The notes below the pieces were generated by a model, which had not been told where the DNA came from, ran no database searches, and saw nothing but the letters and a program-made list of their open reading frames with translations. A DNA stretch of 64,000 bases from an uncultured Chloroflexia bacterium. Lineage in GTDB: Bacteria > Chloroflexota > Limnocylindria > QHBO01. Positions within the stretch are counted from its first letter, which is position 1. Each line of letters opens with the position of its first letter. This document shows, piece by piece, positions 52,290-64,000 of this stretch. The position numbers were made by a program, and so were the translations under genes. Location: assembly GCA_963827475.1 (NCBI GenBank), contig CAWHAZ010000002.1, positions 1 to 64,000 on the forward strand, written 5' to 3'.

Positions 52290-52907
52290 ATGACCGAGCA
52301 CCTCGACCTCGCCGACTGGCGCCGGCGGGTGGCGGAGATGTATGCCGATCTCCGCGCCGATCCGACACCCGCCGCCGAGCGGCTGGCGACGTTCCGCGCC
52401 GAACGGGATCGGCTGTTCGCCAGCCATCCCCAGTCCCCCATCGCCGAGGCGGCGCGACCTGGCTTCCGGGGTCTGTCGTACTGGCCGTACGACGCCGCAT
52501 GGCGCCTCACCGGGCGGTTCGAGCCCGATCCAGCCGCGCCAGCGACCGACGTGCCGGTTTCGACCGGCGATCCGTTCGCGTTCAGTCGCATCGGTTGGGC
52601 CTCCGCCGACGCGCCAGGCGGGACTCTTCGGCTGGGCGTCTACTGGCTGTCGGGATACGGAGGCGGCATCTTCATCCCGTTTCGGGATGCCACCAGCGGC
52701 TCGGAGACCTACGGCGGCGGGCGGTACCTGTGGGACTCGGTCAAGGGCGCGGACCTCGGATCGGGGGGCGGTGGCGGAGCCCTCGTCCTCGACTTCAACT
52801 ACGCCTACCACCCCTCCTGCACCTACGACCCGCAGTGGAGCTGCCCGCTCGCGCCGCGCGAGAACTGGCTGGAGGTGCCTGTCCACGCCGGGGAGCGGCT
52901 CCCGTGA
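52290..52907 (+). CDS. DUF1684 family protein
   Basis: HPQSP, FRDATSG.ETYGGGRYL, LDFNYAYHPSC..WSCPL. Confidence 0.9.
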   Translation: MTEHLDLADWRRRVAEMYADLRADPTPAAERLATFRAERDRLFASHPQSPIAEAARPGFRGLSYWPYDAAWRLTGRFEPDPAAPATDVPVSTGDPFAFSRIGWASADAPGGTLRLGVYWLSGYGGGIFIPFRDATSGSETYGGGRYLWDSVKGADLGSGGGGGALVLDFNYAYHPSCTYDPQWSCPLAPRENWLEVPVHAGERLP

Positions 52908-53382
52908 CCGGCTCCCCCGAGGGCCTGCCCGCGTTCGGCACGCCCGGCCTGTGCCTGAAGTGCGGCCGCCCGATCGACCCCGAGGAAACGATGTGCGAGG
53001 TCTGCAACCGAGCCGGGATGACCTCGCCGGCCGCAACCCAGATGCACGGCACGGTGGCGGTCGCCATCATTGGCGCCGTGGTCGGGATGGGCCTCGTGGC
53101 GGGCTTGCTGGTCGGTGGAGCGGGGCCGTACGGTGCTGAGGTCGTCGCCGTGGGGCCGGTGGCGGAGGCCGCGGTGGTCGTGACCGTGGACGTGGCGAAC
53201 GACGGCACGCGGGAGGGCCGGGCCCGATGCGAGCTCACGGCCGTCGACGCGGTCTGGGCACCCCCATCGCTCGAACGGTCGCGCTCTCGCCGGCCGTTCC
53301 CCCGGGCGAATCGGTCCCGTTCGATGCCCAGATCCCGGGCCTGACCACTGACCCGGCGGGAGTGGAAGTGCGCTGCCAATGA
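52904..53382 (+). CDS. Hypothetical zinc-ribbon plus TM protein (frameshifted)
   Basis: CLKC-x10-CEVC, TM helix, beta-rich C-terminus; coupled to both neighbours. Confidence 0.6.
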
Positions 53383-55077
53383 ACGTCGGACCAAGGCGCG
53401 GGCTGGCCCTTGCGGCAGCCATGGCTGGTGCCGTGCTGATCGTTGGTCCGGCGCTGGCGGGCGCCCCGTTCCCGGATCCGGTCGTCGACCAGGCGGTCTA
53501 CGACGAGGCAGGCATCCTCGACCCGGCCACCGAGGCGGAGCTCGAGTCGCGGATCGACGCGCTCGAGGCCCGCAGCGGGGCGGAGGTGGTCATCTACCTC
53601 CAGCTCGACCCGTTCCAGGACAACGAGTCGAACCTTGCCGCGGCGGAGAGCCTGATGAACCAGTGGGGCATCGGTCGGCTGGGCTACGACGACGGATTCG
53701 TGATCCTGGTCAGCTTCGAGGAGGACCTGGTCCACGGCGTCCTCAGCACCTACGCCGGCAGCGGGTTCGAGGTCTGCGTACCTGTCGGAGGACGAGCAGA
53801 CCGAGCTGCGCGACGAGGTGATGGTTCCCTTGTTCCAGGCAGAGCGCGTGGGGGACGGTCTGCTGGCCGCGATGGACGTCATCGAAGACGAGGTCACCCC
53901 GGAGGCGACCGCCAGCATGGACACCTACCGCTTGGTGAACGCGGTGGTCGGCATCCCGGGGGCGGCCATCATCCTGGTCGCGACCGTCGGGACGGCTGTC
54001 TTCCAGTGGCGTCGCCACGGGGACGATCCGGACCTGGTCGACTCCCCGTCGGTGCTCATGGCCGGGCCGCCGGCCGACATGACCCCGCCGCTGGCGACCG
54101 TCCTGCGCGAGGGCCGCGCCACCGGCAACGCGCTGCGGACCATACTCGTTCAGCTCGCCGGCAGTGGGCTGATCCGCTTCCGTAACCTCGATCAGGCCAA
54201 GGAAAAGAAGCGCGACGACGAGGCGGACCCGGAGACCGATCCGGCGATCGACCTGCCCGATCCCCCGCTCGACGCCGCCGCCCCGGTGGGTCCACTCGGC
54301 GAGGCGTACCGCGAGCTCCTGGCCCGCGGCGGATCGAGTCGAACCCTGAGCCGCGAGCCGCTGTGGGGCGTGAACGAGGGCCTCGACCCCATCAAGCGCC
54401 AGCTCGAGCAGGAGGTGGTCCGCCTCGGCTGGCTCACGCGGCTGCCGACGCCGGTCATCCGGAAGTGGGTCTTCGTCGGCGTCGGGGAGCTGGTTCTCGG
54501 CGGCCTGAGCCTCTTCTTCGGCTTCTCGATCCCGATGAGCGGGCTGACCCTGGTCGGGATCGCGCTCATCGGCGGCGGGCTGGTCACGATGGCGTTCGGC
54601 GGCCAGATGTCCAAGCGCACCCCGAACGGGGCCTACGTCGACGCCATGCTGAAGGCGTACCGGCGCACGCTGGAGAAGACCCTGGCCCAGGCCCGCTCGA
54701 TGGCCGAGGTCGCGACAGAGCCCACCGTACGAGTCCTGGCCGACACGCCGGACAAGGCCGTCGTCTGGGGGGTGGCGCTCGGGCTCCACAAAGAGGTTGG
54801 CGAGGTGCTGGCCCGGGAGCTCGCGGATCCGCAGATGCGGGCCATGGCCCAGGCGTCGGGCTCGTACTACCCGGTCTACCTGGGCTCGTCGTCATCGTTC
54901 GATGGTTCGGGGAGCGGCGGCAGTGGCAGCCTGTTCTCGGGGTCCGGCATTCCCGACGTGGGCGGCATGATCGGGACCCTGGGCAGCATCGGGTCCGCGC
55001 CGGCCTCGTCGAGCAGCGGCGGCGGCTTCGGAGGGGGTGGGGGCGGGGGCGGAGGCGGTGGGTCGAGCGGCTTCTGA
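53379..55077 (+). CDS. TPM-domain / DUF2207-like membrane protein (frameshift near 53780)
   Basis: VYDEAGIL, WGIGR..DDG, TMs, WGVALGL, Gly/Ser-rich tail. Confidence 0.8.
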
Positions 55078-55125
55078 GCCATTACAAACTTTGCGCGGGT
55101 TTCAAAACTTCGGTATGGTGGGTCC

Positions 55126-55956
55126 ATGGCCTATGACCGCGACCGTCGCCCACCACGCCGGCGACCCGATGACCGGCGACCGGGACCCGATCGCTATCGA
55201 CCCTCCGACCGTCCTTCCGACCGGCCTTCCGATCGGCCCTCCGACCGCCCTTCCGACCGCCCGTATCGTGGCGGCCGACCTCCGTACCAGTCAGGACCCC
55301 GCCCGCCGCGTCCGATGGCCGACGAAGGGGGCATGAACATCCGCCTCGACCCGCGCCACCTCGGCACGCTGCGCGCCCTTGCCTCCGAGGCGGGAGTGCG
55401 GCCCGGCGAGCTGGTCACGCTGTGGGTCACCGAGCGACTGGATGCCGAGCGAAGCGGCGCGCCGTCACCCGGCGCGATCGGGCCGGTGCTCGAGTCGCTG
55501 AACGACCGGATCGAGGCCCTGTCGCGCCGGGTCGACGCCCTGGCCGGGGGCCCCGTCCCCTCGAGCGTGGAGCACGTGCCGCCAACGAGTGACGGGCAGG
55601 ACGCAAACGGCAAGAAGAAGAAGAAGCGGGGCCGGCCCGCGAAGGCAACCACCGCTGACACGTCCGACAGCGCGGAGGCGGCACCGGCGAAACGGCGTCG
55701 GGCCACCGGCTCGAAGACGAAGAAGACGCGCGGCAAGAACCCGGCAGTGCCGCTCCACGAGGAGATCGCCGCGATCCTCGCCGAGCGCGGGCCGATGAAC
55801 GCGGCCGAACTGGCCGAGGCCGTGACCGAGCGCGGGATCTACGCCCCGCCCCGCAGCAGCAAGGCGCTGGACGCGACCGCCGTCAGCGTGCGGGTTTCGA
55901 ACCCGCGCTATCGGTCCCGCTTCACCCGGGCCGAAGGGAAGATCGGGCTCGCCTAG
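55126..55956 (+). CDS. Putative multi-domain DNA-binding protein (RHH-like, AT-hook, winged helix)
   Basis: RPSD repeats; MNIRLDPRHLGTLRALA; KKKRGRPAK; LHEEIAAILAERGPMNAAELA; promoter TTGCGC-17-TATGGT just upstream. Confidence 0.7.
   Translation: MAYDRDRRPPRRRPDDRRPGPDRYRPSDRPSDRPSDRPSDRPSDRPYRGGRPPYQSGPRPPRPMADEGGMNIRLDPRHLGTLRALASEAGVRPGELVTLWVTERLDAERSGAPSPGAIGPVLESLNDRIEALSRRVDALAGGPVPSSVEHVPPTSDGQDANGKKKKKRGRPAKATTADTSDSAEAAPAKRRRATGSKTKKTRGKNPAVPLHEEIAAILAERGPMNAAELAEAVTERGIYAPPRSSKALDATAVSVRVSNPRYRSRFTRAEGKIGLA
55198..55263 (+). repeat. 12-bp coding tandem repeat (RPSD x5)
   Basis: CGNCCYTCCGAY units. Confidence 0.85.
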
Positions 55957-56156
55957 TCTTCGAGGACGAACGTCACCAGGATGTTGGCCTGGAATTCGAT
56001 CTCCCCATTGCCCCCGACGTTGACCCGCTGCTCCTTGACCCACGCCCCCTTCACACCGCGCAACGTGCGCTGGGCGCGCTCGACTCCCTGACGGACGGCA
56101 TCCTCGAAGCTCTCGCTCGAGGTGCAGCTCAGCTCGGTGACCCTGGCGACCGACAT
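55953..56156 (-). CDS. Dodecin family protein
   Basis: SVARVTEL..S.ESFEDAV..A.RTLRGV..WVKEQ..VTF.LE. Confidence 0.9.
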   Translation of the reverse strand: MSVARVTELSCTSSESFEDAVRQGVERAQRTLRGVKGAWVKEQRVNVGGNGEIEFQANILVTFVLED

Positions 56157-56193
56157 CGGTATCTCCTCCAGATCAGACGGGTGAGCCGCCAGT

Positions 56194-57135
56194 CTACGGG
56201 AGGGTCAGGATCCGGCGCGGATTGTCGACCATGATCCGCTCCAGCTCGCCCTCCCCCACCGCCGCCGTGCGGAGCGCCGGCAGGAAGTGCTGCTGGAGGT
56301 ACGTGTAGCCGAAGCCACCGTTCGCCTTCAGCTGCATGTCGTGGCACACGTCCTGGCTGAGCAGGACCTGGGCGCCGTAGCCACGATCCAGCAGGTCGAC
56401 CAGCAGCTCGACGACCCGTGGCTCGCGCGCCTCGTCGACAGGGTCGAACCGATGCCCGAGGAAGTCGAACTGGAGGTTCGCCCCGCGGTCGAGGATGGCG
56501 AGGTAGTGGTCAAGGTCGGGCCACGAGTCGGCATGACCGATGACGATGCGGGCCGGATCCAGGCCCTCGGCCAGCAGGAGGTCGAGCTGTGCCTGGCCCA
56601 CCGTGGACTGCACGCCGTGGGTGGTCACCGCCATCCCGGTTCGCAGCGCGGCACGAGCCGCGGCCCGGTGGACTCGCTCCTCGACAGCGGCGATCCACGG
56701 CTTGTCGGTCCCGATCTCGCCGATGATCCCCGGCCGGATGCCCGTCTCCCCCACGCCGTGCTCGAACTCGGCGACGAGCTCGTCGGCGAGGTCATCCACC
56801 GAGCGGCGATCGATCAGGGCCTCGACCGGGAAATACGGCGCCCGATACCAGCCGCAGCCCATCACGATCTGGACGCCGGTCCGGCCGGCCAGTCGGCGCA
56901 GGCGCTCCGGGTCGCGGCCGATGCCCGGCACGGTGAGGTCGACCAGGGTGCGCCCGCCGCGTCGGCGGAAGTCCCGCAGCTCCTCGGCCACCGTCAGCTC
57001 GTCCGCGGCGAGCTCCCAGTAGTCGAACCGACCGGGGATATGCCACAGCGAGATCCTGGTGTGCTCGTGGGGGAGGGCGAAGCCGACGCGGTCGGGTGGG
57101 ATCGGCCCAGAGACAGTCATAACCCGGGGAGCCAT
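56194..57135 (-). CDS. Phosphotriesterase-homology (PHP) amidohydrolase
   Basis: HEH, GIIGEIG, TTH, IGHAD, LLSQD. Confidence 0.9.
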   Translation of the reverse strand: MAPRVMTVSGPIPPDRVGFALPHEHTRISLWHIPGRFDYWELAADELTVAEELRDFRRRGGRTLVDLTVPGIGRDPERLRRLAGRTGVQIVMGCGWYRAPYFPVEALIDRRSVDDLADELVAEFEHGVGETGIRPGIIGEIGTDKPWIAAVEERVHRAAARAALRTGMAVTTHGVQSTVGQAQLDLLLAEGLDPARIVIGHADSWPDLDHYLAILDRGANLQFDFLGHRFDPVDEAREPRVVELLVDLLDRGYGAQVLLSQDVCHDMQLKANGGFGYTYLQQHFLPALRTAAVGEGELERIMVDNPRRILTLP

Positions 57136-57324
57136 GGCGGTACCTCGGTTCGGGCGCCGGTCGGGATCAGCGGACCGCCGGCGTCACAGGTGGATGGACC
57201 GATCCATGGTGCCACTCTGCACCCCGCGCGCGCAAAGGGGCTTACACGTGATCCCGGCAAGTGCTACAACACCCCGGACGGCCGCCCGATTCGACGGCCA
57301 GGACCAATTGGAGGTCAGTGGACG

Positions 57325-57906
57325 ATGAATCAACGGCCAACCGGGGTCACCATCCTGGCCATCCTCGCCTTCATCGGCGGGGCCTTTGGCATCCTGGGTG
57401 CGTTGGCTCTCCTGGGGCTCGGCTTCGCATTCGCCGGGGTTGCCGGAGGTGGACTCAGTTTCATCTTCGGGATCGTGCTCCTCGCCCTCAGCATCCTGTA
57501 CCTGTGGATCGGCTGGGGCTTCTGGAACCTGAAGCGCAGCGCGTGGAGCCTCGGCCTCGTGGTATTCGGGGCCGGAATCTTGATCACCTTCATCGAGTTC
57601 CTTCTCGGCTACGCGACGCTCACCAACGTGATCGTCACCATCGTGATCAACGGGATCGTCATCTACTACCTGTTGACACCGGCTGTGAAGGCCGCCTTCG
57701 GGGTCACCGGTGACCTGCAGAGCGCGGTGATGGGCGGACTGCCGGGAGGTTCGGGGGCGGCTGCCGCCTCGGCTCCCCCGACGGCTCCTCCGGCCGCGCC
57801 CCCCGCCGAGCCGCCTGCGGCGCCGCCGCCGGCCAGCACCTGGACCGGCGATTCCGCCGGCGGGTCTGCATCGGGCGGGACCGAAGACCGCGACCCGAAC
57901 GCCTAG
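57325..57906 (+). CDS. Small 4-TM membrane protein with Pro/Ala tail
   Basis: MNQRPTGVTILAIL..., YYLLTPAVKAAF; GGAGG RBS. Confidence 0.8.
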   Translation: MNQRPTGVTILAILAFIGGAFGILGALALLGLGFAFAGVAGGGLSFIFGIVLLALSILYLWIGWGFWNLKRSAWSLGLVVFGAGILITFIEFLLGYATLTNVIVTIVINGIVIYYLLTPAVKAAFGVTGDLQSAVMGGLPGGSGAAAASAPPTAPPAAPPAEPPAAPPPASTWTGDSAGGSASGGTEDRDPNA

Positions 57907-57996
57907 TCGTTCAGCCAGCCGGGTTCGCATCTCGCGCCCGGTCGTGGGCGCCCGGCGGTCAGCCGCCGAGGCGCCCACCGTGGTCTCTAGCCGCCG

Positions 57997-59265
<1,269 letters not shown>

Positions 59266-59271
59266 CGGTGG

Positions 59272-60675
59272 GTGGCAGACCAGCATCACACCGCCGAGGC
59301 GCACGACGGGCCCGAACGCTACGGAGGCGACGGGCTCGACTTTGACCGCGACCGGCTGACCCTTCGATTCGAGAACCGCGAGCTGGAGCGCGCCTTTCAG
59401 CTCGACCTCGGCTCACGCCTGATCCTCCAGCTCAGGCTCGGCCTGCTCCTGGCCGTCGGACTTTGGATCACCTCCGGCCTGCTGCTGATCGTGATCTACG
59501 CGATCGATCCGGTGACCATGGCCCTGGCGGTATCGGTCCCGATCGCGATCGTGCTGGGCGGAATCGCGATGATGCCCCGCTTCCAATCGTGGGACGCGCA
59601 GCAGATCGTGAACGGCGTCATCAACCTCTCCGGCGGTCTGTCGATGATCTTCATCTCGACCCGCATTGCCCCGGTTCCCGAACTGTTGGGGACGGTCCTC
59701 ATCCTGAACTCGATCTTCGCCTTCAGCGTGGTCCGGATCGGGTTCGTCGTCGGTTTGGCCGCCGGGCTGCCGGTCCTCATCTGGCTCGGCGCCCTGGCGT
59801 GGATCGGGACATACTCGGAGATCGGGTGGTTCACGGTCTTCCTCGTCGCTTCCGGCCTGGGGGCAGCCGCCTTTGGGGCGTACATGCTCGAATCCTCGAG
59901 CCGGGCCCGCTTCCTCCAGCGCCAGGACCTGGCCGATCAGGGCGAGGCGCTCGCCGTCGAGAAGGCGAAGTCCGATCGCCTGCTGCACACGATGCTGCCC
60001 GCGTCCATCGCCGACCGGCTGCGGGAAGAGGAGAAGGTCGCCGACGCGATCCAGGACGCGACGGTCATCTTCGCCGACCTGGTCGGCTTCACCTCCATTG
60101 GCCAGGATCTGGCACCTACCGAGCTGGTCGACGTTCTGAACCGGCTCTTCGGCCGCTTCGACGAGCTCGCCGAGCACCATGGGCTGGAGAAGATCAAGAC
60201 CATCGGCGACGGCTACATGGCCGTGGCCGGCGTCCCGCTGGCGGTCGATGACCATGCCGATCGGGCGGTCCGCTTCGCGCTCGACATCCTGCCGGTCACC
60301 GAGGAGCTTGCCGTGGAGCTCAAGCTGCCGCTGCGGCTCCGGGTCGGGATCCACAGCGGACCGCTGGTGGCGGGCGTCATCGGCAAGGACAAGCTCGCCT
60401 ACGACCTATGGGGCGACACCGTGAACGTTGCCAGCCGGATGGAGTCCCAGGGCATGCCCGGCCGGATCCAGGTCAGCGAGGCCACCGCCGAGCGGCTGAC
60501 GACCGGGGTCGGGCTGGAGCCGCGCGGCACGATCGAGGTCCGCAATCGCGGACCGATGCGGGTGCTCCTGGTCAGCATGCCGGACGAGGCGACGACCGAC
60601 CTGCCGACATCCGCGGAGACCGATACGGCCGAAGGCACTGGGCCAGCCGAGCTGGCCGAGACCGCCCGGAGCTGA
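59272..60675 (+). CDS. Membrane-bound class III adenylate cyclase
   Basis: About 6 TMs; FADLVGFT, KTIGD, YDLWGDTVNVASR (K/D pair indicates ATP specificity). Confidence 0.9.
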   Translation: MADQHHTAEAHDGPERYGGDGLDFDRDRLTLRFENRELERAFQLDLGSRLILQLRLGLLLAVGLWITSGLLLIVIYAIDPVTMALAVSVPIAIVLGGIAMMPRFQSWDAQQIVNGVINLSGGLSMIFISTRIAPVPELLGTVLILNSIFAFSVVRIGFVVGLAAGLPVLIWLGALAWIGTYSEIGWFTVFLVASGLGAAAFGAYMLESSSRARFLQRQDLADQGEALAVEKAKSDRLLHTMLPASIADRLREEEKVADAIQDATVIFADLVGFTSIGQDLAPTELVDVLNRLFGRFDELAEHHGLEKIKTIGDGYMAVAGVPLAVDDHADRAVRFALDILPVTEELAVELKLPLRLRVGIHSGPLVAGVIGKDKLAYDLWGDTVNVASRMESQGMPGRIQVSEATAERLTTGVGLEPRGTIEVRNRGPMRVLLVSMPDEATTDLPTSAETDTAEGTGPAELAETARS

Positions 60676-60678
60676 CCG

Positions 60679-62298
60679 ATGGCCGAGCGGGAGCCGATGC
60701 CGGAGCGCAAGCCGCGGTTCACGACCCAGTCGGGAGTCGAGATCAACCGCCTCTACACCCCGACCGACCTGGCGGAATGGAATGCGGAGCGCGACCTCGG
60801 GCAGCCCGGTGCGCCGCCGTTCACCCGCGGCATCCACCCCACCGGCCACCGCGGGCGGCTGTGGACGATGCGGATGTTCGCCGGCTTCGGCGCGGCAGAG
60901 GACACCAACGCCCGCTTCCATCGGCTCATCGCCGAGGGCGGGACCGGGCTGTCGATCGCCTACGACATGCCGACCCTGTACGGCTACGACCACGACGATC
61001 CCCACGCCGCGGGCGAGTTCGGAACCTGTGGGGTCGCGGTCAGCAGCCTGGCCGACATGGAGATCCTCCTCGCGGGGCTGCCGATCGGCGAGATCAGCAC
61101 CTCGATGACCATCAACTCGCCGGCGGCCATGATCTGGGCGATGTACATCGTGGCCGCCGAGAAGATGGGCGTGCCGCGGGCCGAGCTGAGCGGGACCCTC
61201 CAGAACGACATCCTCAAGGAGTTCATCGCCCAGAAGGAGTACATCTTCCCGCCGGCCCCGTCGTTGCGGCTGGTGACCGACACGGTCGAGTTCGGGACCC
61301 GGGAGCTGCCGCGCTGGAACACGATCAGCATCAGCGGCTACCACATCCGCGAGGCGGGCTCGACCGCGGTCCAGGAGCTCGCGTTCACCCTCGCCGACGG
61401 GATCGCCTACGTGGAGGACGCCCTGGCGCGCGGGATGCGGTTCGACGACTTCGCGCCACGCCTGTCGTTCTTCTTCAACAGCCACAACGACTTCTTCGAG
61501 GAGATCGCGAAGTTCCGCGCCGCGCGCCGGATCTGGTACCGCCTCTGCACCGAGCGGTTCCGGGCCGAGAACGAGCGGTCGACCTGGATGCGCTTCCACA
61601 CCCAGACCGCAGGGGTGTCGCTCACCGCGCAGCAGCCGCTGAACAACCTGACCCGGGTCGCCATCCAGGCCCTGGCCGCGGTCCTGGGCGGGACGCAGTC
61701 ACTCCATACCGACGCGTACGACGAGGCGTGGGCCGTCCCCTCGGAAGCCGCCGCCCTGCTCGCCCTGCGCCAGCAGCAGATCCTGGCCGAGGAGTCCGGC
61801 GTGGCGAACACCGTCGACCCGCTCGGCGGGTCGTACTTCGTCGAGGCGCTCACCAACCAGACCGAGGCGGCCGCGTGGGAGTACCTGCGCCGGATCGACG
61901 AGATGGGCGGCATGCTGCGGGCCGTGGAGGCTGGATACCCACAGGCCGAGGTCGCGGACGCGGCGTACGCCCAGTCCCGTGCGCTGGAAACCGGGGAGCA
62001 CCAGATCGTCGGTGTCACGAAGTACGCCGATCCCGGCGAGGAGGTAGGGATTCCCCTCCTCGAGATCACCGAGGAGATGGAACGGCGCCATCTCGACCGC
62101 CTGGTCCGGGTCCGCGCCGAGCGGGACGCGGACGCGCATGCGCGCGCCCTCACCCGCCTCCACGAGGAGTCGGTCCGCGACGGGGTGAACCTCATGCCCG
62201 CGATCGTCGAGGCGGTGGAGGCCTACGCCACGATCGGCGAGATGTGCGGCGTCCTGCGCAAGGTCTTCGGGGAGTACCGCGAACCCCTGGCGGTCTGA
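60679..62298 (+). CDS. B12-dependent acyl-CoA mutase large subunit, isobutyryl-CoA mutase-like
   Basis: [41 protein letters not shown]. Confidence 0.9.
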   Translation: MAEREPMPERKPRFTTQSGVEINRLYTPTDLAEWNAERDLGQPGAPPFTRGIHPTGHRGRLWTMRMFAGFGAAEDTNARFHRLIAEGGTGLSIAYDMPTLYGYDHDDPHAAGEFGTCGVAVSSLADMEILLAGLPIGEISTSMTINSPAAMIWAMYIVAAEKMGVPRAELSGTLQNDILKEFIAQKEYIFPPAPSLRLVTDTVEFGTRELPRWNTISISGYHIREAGSTAVQELAFTLADGIAYVEDALARGMRFDDFAPRLSFFFNSHNDFFEEIAKFRAARRIWYRLCTERFRAENERSTWMRFHTQTAGVSLTAQQPLNNLTRVAIQALAAVLGGTQSLHTDAYDEAWAVPSEAAALLALRQQQILAEESGVANTVDPLGGSYFVEALTNQTEAAAWEYLRRIDEMGGMLRAVEAGYPQAEVADAAYAQSRALETGEHQIVGVTKYADPGEEVGIPLLEITEEMERRHLDRLVRVRAERDADAHARALTRLHEESVRDGVNLMPAIVEAVEAYATIGEMCGVLRKVFGEYREPLAV

Positions 62299-62320
62299 CC
62301 GAGTAGCTATCTTCGGTCTC

Positions 62321-63657
62321 ATGCCTCGGCCGACCCGACGCTCGGAGGTGCCTCATGGGCCGATCCGCGTTCGCGTGGTGGCCACGACCCTGCTCGTCGT
62401 CCTCGTCGGGTGCGCAGTCGCGAGCCCCTCGCCGGATCTATCCGGTGAGCGGCAGCGCGCTCCCGTCGCCCGGCAGGCGCCTCCGCCCTCGACGCGCGCG
62501 GGCTGACCTCGACCTGCTGGTCGACCGGCTGGAGGCGATCCATCCCGAGCCGTGGCACGGCATCAGCCGCGAGGATTTCGTCGCGGAGGTCGAGGCGCTC
62601 CAGGCCGAGTTGCCGGACTGAGCGCCGACAGTCCCTGGTGGCGGTCATGCGTCTGGTGGCGCTGATCAGCGCGAACGGGCGGGACGGGCACATGTTCGCG
62701 TTGCCCATCGACGAGCAGTACGGCACGGCGCTGCCGCTGAGGATCTACGAGTTTGCCGACGGCGTGTTCGTGACGGATGCGATGCCGCCGCACGAGGACC
62801 TCGTCGGGCAGGAGATCGTCGCCGTCGGCGGACGGCCGATCGGCGTCGTCTTGGACGCGCTCGACCCGCTCGTCCCGCGGGACGGGCCTGCAACGGTGCC
62901 GGGTTTCCGCCCGAACTTCTTCCTTCGGGTGGAGGTCCTCCGCGGGCTCGGCCTGGTCGGCCCGGGAGCGGTGGAGCTCACGGTGGCCAAGGACGGCGCG
63001 GAGACCACGGTCGCAATCGAGCCGGTGCCGATGGCCGAGCACGCGGCGTGGGCCGGGCCGGGCGGGATGCGGGCGCTGCCGATCCGCGCCGCGCACTGGC
63101 TCGCTCGGCCGACGGACGTCTTCTACCTCGAGTACTTGCCCGACAGCCGAACCCTGTACGCGCGGTACCGGCAGGTCCAGCCAGTCCCGCAGACCCTGGT
63201 GACCGAGCTCGAGGCTCGCGCCGACGACCCGGACGTCGACCGCGTCGTGCTGGACCTGCGCCAGAACGGTGGCGGCGACAACACGTCCTACGGCCCGTTG
63301 CTGTCGGCGGTGCGCTCCGCGGCCGTGGACCGTCCCGGGCGCCTGTTCCTGTTCACCGATCGGCTGACGTTCTCGGCCGCCGCGAACTTCTCGACCGAGG
63401 TCGAGCAGACCACCACCGCTCGGTTCGCCGGCGAGCCGATGGGCGGGGGCCTGAACTTCTGGAACGACACGACTCCGGTCGAACTCGAGCACCTGCCCGT
63501 GCCGATGCGGGTCGCAGTCAGCTTCCGCTACTGGCAGAAGTCGACGCCGGACGACCCGCGGCTGACGATCGAGCCGGAGATCGGCGTGCCATCGGTCTCC
63601 GCCGACTACTTCGCGGATCGGGACCCGGTGCTGGAGGCGGTGCTCGCCGCCGACTAG
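62321..63657 (+). CDS. S41-family peptidase-like lipoprotein (frameshifts in 5' part)
   Basis: Lipobox LVGC, IHPEPW, DGH, DLRQNGGG, TFSAA, GEPMGG. Confidence 0.75.
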
Positions 63658-63670
63658 CCCTACGATTCGC

Positions 63671-64000
63671 GTGCACGTCCACCTCGTCGACGCAACCTTC
63701 GAGCTGTTCCGGGCGTATCACTCCCGGCCCGCCGAGAAGGGCCCGGACGGTCGTCCGGTGAACGCCGTCCGCGGCGTCATCGACTCGATGCTGAGCCTGC
63801 TCCGCGAGCCGGACGTGACCCATATCGGGGCGGCGACGGACTACGTCATCGAGAGCTGGCGGAACGACGTGTACCCCGGCTACAAGTCGAGCGCGGGCCT
63901 GCCGTGGGACCTCACCGCCCAGTTTCGCGACGTCGAGCGGGCGATCCGCGCCCTGGGCGTGACCTGCTGGCCGATGGTCGAGGACGAGGCCGACGACGGT
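63671..64000 (+). CDS. 5'-3' exonuclease / flap endonuclease (runs off window)
   Basis: MHVHLVDATFELFRAY, ESWRNDVYPGYK, EDEADD. Confidence 0.85.
   Translation, partial: MHVHLVDATFELFRAYHSRPAEKGPDGRPVNAVRGVIDSMLSLLREPDVTHIGAATDYVIESWRNDVYPGYKSSAGLPWDLTAQFRDVERAIRALGVTCWPMVEDEADDG

Noticed and set aside
55198-55263. CRISPR-like array
   Set aside because: 12-bp in-frame coding repeats with synonymous variation and no spacers; no cas genes in the window.

Overview
High-GC bacterial chromosome segment. Gene style and synteny suggest Chloroflexota or a related Terrabacteria lineage (inference). Many single-base frameshifts, including in essential serS, point to an error-prone long-read assembly. 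Contents: a xylose-type sugar ABC operon with an FGGY kinase; recR-ybaB-dnaX; a large Alu-type SRP RNA; all four tRNA-Ser genes and one tRNA-Arg; tadA, aroE-like, tdk, serS, class I lysS, greA, uppP, hppA, lepB, ndk; coaX-coaBC-panC; two glutamate dehydrogenase paralogues; a split B12 acyl-CoA mutase system; three GT-C glycosyltransferases; an osmoprotectant ABC transporter; an adenylate cyclase. Most notable: (1) the tRNA-Arg at the usual Arg(ACG) position has anticodon GCG, and the nearby intact tadA has lost its catalytic Glu and tRNA-contact residues, suggesting coupled loss of wobble inosine with a retained pseudo-deaminase; (2) a 7.7-kb tandem array of ECF sigma factors coupled to membrane proteins with swappable extracellular repeat modules, each unit behind a shared promoter motif; (3) further full-length enzymes with eroded active sites (PanC, AroE, second GDH); (4) a candidate multi-domain nucleoid protein and a possible COMMD-like protein.
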